DNA of 64,000 nt from Carcharhinus longimanus (Eukaryota). Shown here piece after piece: positions 53,465 to 64,000 of the stretch (positions are counted from its first letter, which is position 1; each line of letters opens with the position of its first letter). Under the pieces are notes generated by a model. The model saw only the letters and a program-made list of their open reading frames with translations, was not told the DNA's origin and ran no database searches. Location of the stretch: contig JASCQW010000043.1 of NCBI GenBank assembly GCA_030264375.1, forward strand, positions 43,809,364 to 43,873,363. Direction: 5' to 3'. The position numbers and the translations under genes were made by a program.

Positions 53465-56400
53465 TATTTCGCGAACGCAACTTCAACCGCAGGAGTAGAT
53501 GGAAACATTTGTTTCAAGCTGTTTTGCTTTAAGATTTATTTTAACCACTTTCACGCACATGCACAGCTGTCCAGGTGTTTTCGATTTTAACATAATCACA
53601 TAGCCTAGTTCGTTACATCACGCGTTTGATTCTCCTCTCCTCCACCACCCCCTCTACAAATGAGCAGTCATTGTATATCACAACATGTTAGTTTTCTGGC
53701 CCAATTATTATTTCGCTATATTAGATTTCGCACTAAAATATCACATCTGTAGCTGGATGGACTTGAGACCTTACTGTCACATATGCTTCACAATGGTGGA
53801 AAATATTTTAAACAATAAACACACTAGCAAATGACGCATTTTATCATCCATGAACATGAAATGCTATTGAAGTGACACACCCTATATTTATGATAAATCA
53901 TTTTTCACCTTTTGGACATTTTAGTCTTTCAATTCTCCACTTACCATCTCAAACAACCTGAGAACTTATTCGGCGGTTTTTGCTCAGGATCGGCCTGGTT
54001 AATTATTGATCGCTTAACCACGAGCTCAGTACATTTCTAATTGCACTAGAACTTTTTTTCGACTAAGAGTCAGCTAGCGCTGCCCAATCGAGCGCTAAGT
54101 ACAACATTTGCCTGCAATTGATAAACATGGAAGTAGCTTCCCGTACAGAAATGCATCAGATTTTGGCAAAAGTGATTTGCCAGGGGGTTTGCAGGAACTA
54201 ATTGTATCTATCGATCCGGCAGAAAAATTCGATTTGTAATATCAAATGAAGCTTTGAATAAAGATCGCAGAATTAGTCTTTTCGCTTTGGATGTTCCCTT
54301 CAACCTCAAAAAGAACAAGCAAATAAATGGAACGGGTTTCAGTTTGAAGTAAATGGAAACCACATTCCAGTATCAGAAAAACAACTAACTTCCACATTAG
54401 CGGCGGCCAATCTATAGTTACCTTTTTTTCACGGTCTATAGGGGGAATTGTTTCATTTTTGTTCGCACTCCCTATATTGTTGATCAGACATACTAATCAG
54501 ATTTTTAGAAGTAATTACTGAATACAGATCGGCTACATTTTACTATATTCATTTGCGGACCCCCATTTGTGTCATTTATTAGGGAGTCGCAGCAGAACGG
54601 GGTATTGTGAACTGTGTTCAATGAATTTGCAATCAATTTCACTTTTAAACTGCCTTAATCAATCTGTCTCAATGTGCTTGATAATGTAGATAGGTATTTT
54701 GTGAGAAATAATCGAATCAATTTGTCAAACATTGTGGGTAAACTCGAAAGGTGTCGCCGGTTAGTGTTTTACAGTCATACCTAACTGGCCTACAAAGGAC
54801 GAGGTAACGGAATATTCGTGCACACAGCAACGGATTCTTTGTTAATGGCTATTTTGCATTTGGCTCCGAATTTTGCATTCGCCTCCCGTTTTACTGCCGT
54901 GAAACGAAAAGGCAAACAGAACCGGCAGCGGCTACCTTGTGACTAGGTGGCTCTGAACCCCGTAGCAAAGAGCAGGCAGAGAAGTCTGCAGTCTCACAGC
55001 GCGGCAGCCGGGTATTGCAGCTTGAATAGCGGCCACTGCACACCTGCACACCAGGCCTCCCTCCCACAGTAACTGCCAACTCTTTGGTCAGCAAAGTAAA
55101 GACAGGGTTAATTCGATTTATTGGATGGTTAAATATCCCGTTAAAAACGCAAAGGGTTAAAATTATCGTTTGTTATCAGTTTTTATATAAAATATTTCAG
55201 ATACATTAATTTTAACATAAAAATTGACAAGACCCATTAATTCAATATAGATCTTTAATCCAATGTGAGATGTTGAATGGCAATCTCCCTTATATGCCTT
55301 GCCAGAATGCCAACGATGTTAACACGACTTTCATCCACAAATAAATGGATCAAGTGTTATGTTTTAAATTAAAAGCAATAGGGAATATATTATAGTTGCT
55401 GTTTGCATTTCCCTGCGCAAAATTATTTGAAATCATGCCAGCTTTCCTGTGTCACTAAAGCCGGAATTCGATAGGATATCTCCTAAGCAAAATGGTTCCA
55501 TCTGTTAAAATCTTAACGATTGTTTTGTGCACAAATGAACTGAACAGATTTGGGATATTTTGGAAGGAATTGAATCCGAAAGGTGTTTGAAAAAAGTTTG
55601 GAAAAACTTCTGTTTTGATTGATATTTTTTAGAAATTTTAAGTGTTAGATTAAAATGTACAAATAAAGGATAAAAGAACGAATCTTTGCCACTGAACTCT
55701 TTAAAGTCATCGGTCTGATGCGGTTCTTGTGCAATTCTTACAGTATAGTTCATTTATTGGAGTGAAAATTAGGCAAAGTTACAATTAATGTGCACTATAA
55801 TATTAATCTATGTGAAATAGACACGGTTCCGAGCAGCATTGAGGACCTTAAAATCAGTGCTACACTAACGAGCTGCATTTTCTTTTCAATTTACACATGA
55901 ATTTTCCGTCTGAGATCAAACGGCAACATCTTAAGATTGATATTATCAGTTATTAGAAACCAGCGTGTTCCAATGTTATTATTCACATCAGAGAATAGAA
56001 ATAAACCATTACGCAACACGGTTATTAGGATAACATTCCTGCTTCGGCCTATTTCATGCCAGGGGATGTGCATTGTACTGAAGGGATAATACTGACATGA
56101 AAATAACATATATTTTGGTTTATTTCTAACTACAGAATAATTTGAGTTGAACGATTTCTTCAGAGGGTATTCTAATATAGATGTTGATGCGACACTTTCA
56201 ATTTCTCCAATTTAGAAATCGCAATCGATGGAAGAAGTATTGCCTTTTATAAATTCATTAGTTTTGAAAGCGGTCCATATATTTGGTAAAGATTTGGGAT
56301 ATGATATTGATTTCAATGAAAGTATCAAGGAAGCTTTTTCTTTTTATAGTATCACCACACAGTGGGCAGTTTGCTTCCACTAAATAGAAGCAAGTCCATC

Positions 56401-59400
56401 TTTTGACGTTGACAAATGATCTACACAGAACAAGAGCCATTTAGGGATGACTTTGAAGGGTTGCAAGAGAAAAAGTGGCCAGGTGAAAAGGGTTTAACCA
56501 GGTTCAGTGGACAGATGACAAGACTGTCTCTAGCCGGAGCCGGTGAAGCAAGATCTGAGGTTAATAGAAGAAAGAAGGCTTGCTATCTGAAGTGGCTAAT
56601 CACAGAGGAAATAAATAGGAGAATGTATTTGTTGCAAAGTTAAATGCCAAAGCCGTATAATTTTATCCCAATGCTCGGGATTTTGTATTAGCGAGAGCCG
56701 CGATAAATACTGATCTGTTCAATATGTAAGATATAAGCATTTCAAACACTGTGCGACCATTCTCCAGTTCAAATGATTAACTTGAACAATCGTATGAAAT
56801 TATTAAAATCACACAGTTCAACAGGTCGATGAAATATAAACATAGACATAAAATAGCGAATTCATGTACAGTGTTGTTTAATGTATTAGAACCTTTCTTT
56901 TGCATTACTTTAAAAAATACGCGCAGATAATTTATGAATTATCTTTGTATCGGGAAAGCAAAATGCAATTATAAGCCCGCGTTTTAATTTTGAAAACAAG
57001 TTTCCTCACATTTGGAAAAGAATAAAAGCAGAAGGACTGAAGGCTGGCGATTCCTACTTTCTATATAGATTTTAAGTGATGAAAGATTGTCTGAAGAACC
57101 TGGGTAGCAATCTGGGATGCAGGAGGAGAAAGTGGAAAGGCGAAATAGATTCAGCATTTTTCTTTTGTCCTTTTTATTATACTGCTGAATGTTGTTAGGT
57201 TGCTGTCAGGATCTGGATATTTAGCACGAGTTTGATACGGACGGTGGCTCCAGAGGCTCATCTCCAGGGGGCTTTAATTAACAAGCTGTCGGGAAGCTGC
57301 AACTCCTATCAAACAGCTCCTGCCCAAAAGCAAATCCGCTCACAAATTCCAGGTGTAATTCAACAGATACCTAATTTCTGAATGAACTATGTCCACTTGT
57401 ACCAAAGTTTTCTTTTAAACTTTTCTTTATATACACAAGCGTGCACATACACACACATATATACAGTAGGCCCCAATACAACTTTCGGAATTGTAATATA
57501 TTTTTTGAATTTAAAGCTTCTGTTCGCCTTTGAATGGTAACAAAATCGCAATCACCAATAAAGCTCTCAGTTGGAAATCTTTTCGAAAGCGCGGTGAAAA
57601 TTAAACATCCAAGAAAGCGAAGTCAAAGCAAAAGGCAGAAATGTACATCACGAAGACAAGAGAGAAAAATGATCCAGACTATTAAAATACAAAAGACGGC
57701 AATAACTAGTAAGACAAATGGGGACGAGAAAGACAAAATGAGTAGGCGATGTGAATTAAAAAGAGATGAGGAACTTCGACGGTTGCAAATATAAAAAAAA
57801 AGAAAATCAAAATACTGAAACAATACTAAAATAAAGATAAAACTAGCGAGAGCTGCAAAACCAATGGGGCCCAAAGGAGCAGAATGTAGAGAAATATATC
57901 TGTTACTAAGTATGTATATAGATGAGGAACAAGTGTAGGAATTATGCTGTATGTTATATATTTATTCAAACTTTAGGTAATAAATAAAGAAGTTCCAGGA
58001 ATTGAAAAAAAAACAATTGTTTCTGTCCTCTCTTAACGATGCTTTGGTGTAAATACTTCATTTTCTCCCTCTACTGTATTTGCCAAAATATCGGTGAAAA
58101 GTGCCTGATTTCTGACAATGCTGTAGTGCGCTGTCCATGGTGCTACTCAGTGCCGAGCGCTTGGTGCCTTGAGATCGCAATAACTGAATGGTGTTTGACT
58201 CCGCATTCTCCCCAATACCAATTCACAGACATGCACAACCCGTGTTGTAAAAAAGTAAATGGTACATGGCGCTTTACTCTTTAATGTTTCCATTTGCCAT
58301 CACCTACCGACCGCCCCCTCCAAAGTTTTCTGTTCCAGGAGCTGACAGCTGCTTAAATATTTTTTCTTTGAACTACGGCGCTTAGTTTTTAGAGGGATGC
58401 GAACCGTTTGTAATGTCAAATAACTTATGCTCATGTATTATATTTTACAACAACGTTCTCAGATATGTTAAAGAATTTCACATTTAATATATATTCATGT
58501 TAATTTTATATAACATATACACACACAATGACGTAATTGCAATATCATCTTATGAATTAACCCACATCAAGTACTTCTAGTTATAGTTCGTAGCCTTCAA
58601 ATTTTATTTAATTGGTGTTGGAGAATTTATATTTCACAAGTTAAGCTCCGTGTAATATATGTAATCTAACAAACCGGTAAGCAGCCAAATGCAATGAGTA
58701 GAGAAAATAGTAAATAATAGTTCACATAATTATTCCCACAATTTGGAAAATGGGTTTATTTAAACTATCTGTTACATTTTAAACGGCAGGAGTTGGTGCA
58801 ATAACGGCCCATATAAAGCAGCACAACATAAATGGAAATGGAGATCGCTGCCCCATATAATATTTAAAATACTTATATTTAATACCAGCACATGTATAAA
58901 TGGATATCGAGAGCTTCAGTTTGGTTTCCTGGGTCACCTATATCCTCTGCATTCTGTAAGGTGTTAAATGTTTCAGAGCAAGTAAAAAAAATCAATCAAT
59001 ATTTGGTTATCTTTTCAGATAATAAAACAAGAATATGGACACTCTTGCTGCTGGCGTTATAACAGTTTAAAAATGTTACCCCAAATCAGAGGTGACAAAC
59101 ATAAGCGAAAACGAAACAAAAAGTTGATTTTTATAAAATTGATTTTTATAAAAATTTGAAATTGTATCTAATTGTGTTAATCGAGTAATATCCACTTCAG
59201 ATGAGTTGGAGTTTAGTGAAAGTAAATCCATTGATTAATTATTTGGCTGTTAGATAACCGGAACTCTTGGGCAATGAGGGCCAAGGGTTGGAAGGAAAAG
59301 TTATTGAACTGTCCAGTCCCCAATCTCCATTGCCTTCTATTGTTTTCGCATTAAATTTCTAACTCTCGTAATGAGCACAAAAGAAGCTTGAGCCCTTTTT

Positions 59401-62400
59401 ATATAGTCAAAGTGTTCATCTGATAAAGTTTAGCAAAAATATTCCAAGTCGTTGAAATGTATTTGGTTTCAAGACGAGCTCTTTGAGGACGATGGCACCT
59501 GTGCACCAAAATGCAATGGATCCATGGATATTTGACTTATGTTTTATTCAGCGACCACTGTGAGTTGAACTACACGTCGATTTATTTAACACTGGTTTGA
59601 AAGTTCAGGCCCAGTAGCCCGCAGGAAATCGATGTGTAGATGCAGAACCATTTGACAAAAGTTGGTGCGATTTGGGGTTGACATCAACCTTGACCCTGAA
59701 GCTAGCAGTGGTTAGGTCATTATTTTAGCTGTAAGTGTGGTTTAGAATGTAATATATTATGTATATAGGAGCGAGTGCATTTCGTTTAGCGACAATTAGT
59801 AAGAAACTGGATTTAAAAAATCTGCGCGCAAAAGCTGGTGTTCGCGACCCTTCGGAAATCTAAATTAATGGCTTGTAGATGGCCCTCCAATGCTGCCTTG
59901 TGGAACTAAAAGCAAGTCCGTTCAGTGCAAGTGAAATGTGTCATGGAACTGCAACTCTGCTTTAAGCGTGAAGCAAAATTGAGCTGAAAATACAGTGAGT
60001 GGAGTGGTAACAAGCTGGAAGCTGTGCAATTACTTCTCAGTATTGGCATCAAAACAAAAAACAAACCTTTTCGCTTAGGTGAGAGCTGAATGGGAAGAGA
60101 GAAGGTGTTGGACTGGACTTTGTTGGTCGACCAACAGAGGAGCAAACAACCTGAGCTCCATAAAGTTCGAGAACGGGGAGCTGGGTGGGGGAGAGCAACG
60201 GGGAACGCTAATCTGCAGAAAGCATTAGCCCACATTCTTTATAGACAGGTGACCTTCTAACACTTTTTCTGTCTTACCTGCACAGCAGCAAGTAACCAAG
60301 AGCTGTCATTTGGCTAATTCTGTGATGCCAGTTGCTATAATCTTTAAGAGCACATTTCCTCAGAACCAAATACATGCGTTACAAAACCATTTCTATCCAA
60401 TATTGCGCAGTCCTTACCATGTCCCATGTGCATGTTTGTGACCTGCCACAGTGAATAGGTGATAGTAATATCAAGACACTAAATATATGTGCCCTAATAA
60501 AACAGGAATAGCTTGGTTCTCTATGCGTTTTAATACAATTTAATATTGGGAATGCCCGCACCAACCATCCCCCCCCCCCCCGCCCCCTGCCAGCCCCTAC
60601 CCCTACCCATCTAAGCGGACACGTTGTTGCAGCACATTTTGTATTTTGGGATCATTTCCAGATATAACAGGCATAGCACTTTTGAAAATAGCCCAAATTG
60701 GCCTTCTGCGACTATATCAATGAGATTGAGGACAGCTGTTGATCAAATAACCTTTGCGCATCAATCAGGAATAAGATTGATCAGATTGACCACAGTGGAA
60801 AACTGGCATTGAAGTTGTTGGTAAGTTTCAGGGGTTGTTGTCCTGCTGATTCATCCTGCCATGTCTCCAAGAAGTTAAAATTTGAACAGAGATTCAAATT
60901 AAGTTTGACATTAATGAGGGGCAAAAACCCCATAGATGTTCAGCGACACTAGAAAACTGTACTGATTTGTAAATGAGATGCGCATAGCTGTCTAGATATG
61001 GACATAGAAATACTTTTAATAGCAATATACCAATTGAAACACACGAACATAGATATACTAGTCCGTATATCAATATGCGGAATAATCAGTGCTCTTCATG
61101 TGTAGTTACAATGGTATGATTTTTATGTATAATAAAGATGATAGTTAAAGGTTGGGAAAGAGACCCTGGCTAACTTCTAATTATTACGAAGAGTAATTTA
61201 CTCTTTATTTTTGCAACGTTCATTCATGTTTTTCAATCATTTTTCTTCCTGAATGTGGACAAGAAAGAAGCAAGTTTAAGAAACTGAAACAAATGTTGGT
61301 TTAAAGAAAGAACTTTTATATCTAAATTTATATGCTTAACATTTCCTCAAATTAAAAAAAAAGAAAATTCCATCCATATGAGTTGAAAACACAATCCAAA
61401 TTAATGTAATCGTGTTTTGGGAGCGGCGTCCAAGAGCGAAGCTTGTTCAGAGAAATTGTTCATTGAAAATACATAAGCAAACCAAACAGAGAAGGGTCAA
61501 TATCATTTAATAATTTCGTGGTGTCGCCAATATTTAACATTTGTTGGCAATGAACAGACGGTTAAAATATTATATACACAAAATTGTGATTTTGATTCGA
61601 AAATAGATTTCGAATAGTGTACCATACGTGAAATATACAACGACTTCATTATAAAGTACATCTGTAGTTAAAATTACTCATCAAATTGGTTTGTACGAAA
61701 TAATGCACATAACCCGATTTCATCTGGTTAGAACTGTTGGCTTACGGAACTACTTTGAAGTAAAAGTAAACGGACTGAAATCCCCACGTACATTCTAATC
61801 TCTATTATCGCAGAGTAATAGATTTCAGTTACTAAGAAGCGATGTAAAGGTTTCTACATCTCTTGAAGAAACACACATATTCTTTTTTTCTCTCTCCGAG
61901 AGAGACAGAGAAAAAAAAACAAATCCCCAAGAAACTTTATAGAGCTTCTTAGATTTTCCTTAGCATACGTGATAAAACATTGATTGTTGCAGCTTGGTGA
62001 CCCATGAAATTTGGAGGTTAGTTTTCACTTCAGACTATAGCATATAATTATGCAAATAAAGAGCTGTCACTGATCTAGTGAATAAACTCACAAACACGAA
62101 GAGTGCTAGCAACTAAAAAGGTTGAATTTAAAAGGTGAAGCTTTTGCCTACAAAAATATATGTTAAATTCACAAGAGTTAATGTTAATAGCATTCAGACG
62201 TATGGTTTAATTGCCACTGGAAGATCTGCTAGAACTTTTATCGTGCGCTTCAGTAGTGCCTGTCAATCAATCAGAGGTGTATTAAACTTTATTTTGTTGT
62301 ATTTTTAACTGTTCAGAATGTTTATCGGAGCGATTCCATGCGTGTTCTTCTATAAAGGAAACTCGGTCCGCAACCCGATGCAACATTTTTGTTTACCATC

Positions 62401-63100
62401 TAATAAGCAACCTTGAAAATTCTCACTTTGGGTTTTTTTTTAAGGGCGCAAGGGCCACCATCCATTATTATTTTCCACGTTCTTAATAAAGGTGGCACAG
62501 ATTTAACATTTGAATTCCTATTAAATACTTCTTAGCTATCACATATAAACTGTCAACCCCTATACATGCACTTGACCACTTTCAACAAGTGNNNNNNNNN
62601 NNNNNNNNNNNNNNNNNNNNNNNNNNNNNNNNNNNNNNNNNNNNNNNNNNNNNNNNNNNNNNNNNNNNNNNNNNNNNNNNNNNNNNNNNNNNNNNNNNNN
62701 NNNNNNNNNNNNNNNNNNNNNNNNNNNNNNNNNNNNNNNNNNNNNNNNNNNNNNNNNNNNNNNNNNNNNNNNNNNNNNNNNNNNNNNNNNNNNNNNNNNN
62801 NNNNNNNNNNNNNNNNNNNNNNNNNNNNNNNNNNNNNNNNNNNNNNNNNNNNNNNNNNNNNNNNNNNNNNNNNNNNNNNNNNNNNNNNNNNNNNNNNNNN
62901 NNNNNNNNNNNNNNNNNNNNNNNNNNNNNNNNNNNNNNNNNNNNNNNNNNNNNNNNNNNNNNNNNNNNNNNNNNNNNNNNNNNNNNNNNNNNNNNNNNNN
63001 NNNNNNNNNNNNNNNNNNNNNNNNNNNNNNNNNNNNNNNNNNNNNNNNNNNNNNNNNNNNNNNNNNNNNNNNNNNNNNNNNNNNNNNNNNNNNNNNNNNN

Positions 63101-63175
63101 GGTAGGTGTTGACGTGATCGGCGCAACTCGTGGGCCGAAGGGCCTGTTTGTGCTGTAGTGTTCTATGTTCTATAT
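63101..63175 (+). mobile_element. CR1-like 3' tail emerging from an N gap
   Basis: GTGGGCCGAAGGGCCTGTT.TGTGCTGTA.TGTTCTATGTTCTAT. Confidence 0.75.
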
Positions 63176-64000
63176 AAACTATTCGGAGAAAAAATATTTT
63201 CACAGGGATTGAACACTCCTGCAGGTATTGCCAATCTGTACATGGCGCTGTGTGGGCAGTACAGCTGAAAATCGTTAGCTATATGTTAATTCATATTCAT
63301 ATAGGTGATTGAGTTCTGAAACACTGCTTCAGGCCTATAGGTCATCGCATATTGATATGGGTCAAAAGTTCTACCATCCTGTAGTATATCGTACAATTAG
63401 AGATCTATGGGCGATATAATGGGTCCTTAACCGTTATTGCAATAAATGATGTTCACTTAATTTCGGCTATCTAGAAATAAAGTAGACAATAATCTAGTTC
63501 TTTTCAGAAGTTAAAACTTATATTTGCTTTCGATAGATATTCTCATTTCCTATTATATGTAGTAGCATTGCATCGAGAAATAGGGTTCCTGCTCAAACAA
63601 TGTAAGTATTTGTTCACTACACATTTTCTTTGTATCATCATTCTTATAAATCAACATTGTGAAACATTTTGTGAGGTCCTTTTATGAAACAAAGCTACTT
63701 ATATTAACCCTGAAACTGTGTCCAGGTCAACATATTAACAATCCAGATTTCATTGCACAACTCACAAATGTTTTCGGTACAGAAAAGCGAAAAAACTAAC
63801 CCGCTGCGTCTGATCCTGTTGCACAGGTAGGAACTGAGTGAGGGAGATGCCCGAAAATGTATAGTGCTACATTTCAAATTCAAAACTACATATGCTTATT
63901 TTTGTATGGATAAAACATGTTTAGCATATTGCCTGCGTTTTAAACTAAAATCGAGAATTCTGGATTAAAGCTTGACCGTTAGAAACAGGTTTCAAAGCAA

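Noticed and set aside
40200-64000. Exons of the expected downstream neighbour FAM172A/ARB2A or any other gene
   Set aside because: No ORF resembles a known protein. Short ORFs are consistent with chance, although small exons could be missed.

Overview
Vertebrate genomic DNA; the repeat families look like those of sharks/rays, which is an inference. The window holds one intact protein-coding gene, the three-exon nuclear receptor NR2F1 (COUP-TFI), on the + strand. Its CDS is 35116-35563, 36271-36798 and 38645-38919 (1251 nt, 416 aa). The first ~20.5 kb is CpG-poor and full of decayed mobile elements: a Gypsy LTR element, Harbinger-like Myb/MITE remnants, CR1-like and other LINE tails, tRNA-derived SINEs and Penelope-like ends. 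From ~20.5 kb to ~63 kb I recognise no transposons, and from ~24 kb onward CpGs are retained. This is the pattern of a developmental-regulator regulatory domain (transposon-free region / methylation valley). I see no evidence of a novel protein-coding system. The most interesting signals are regulatory: a near-perfect COUP element plus a CArG/TATA box in the gene's own promoter, a second DR1 element, CTCF-like sites, uORFs and candidate conserved enhancers. None of these could be tested without alignments or functional data. Repeat boundaries are approximate.
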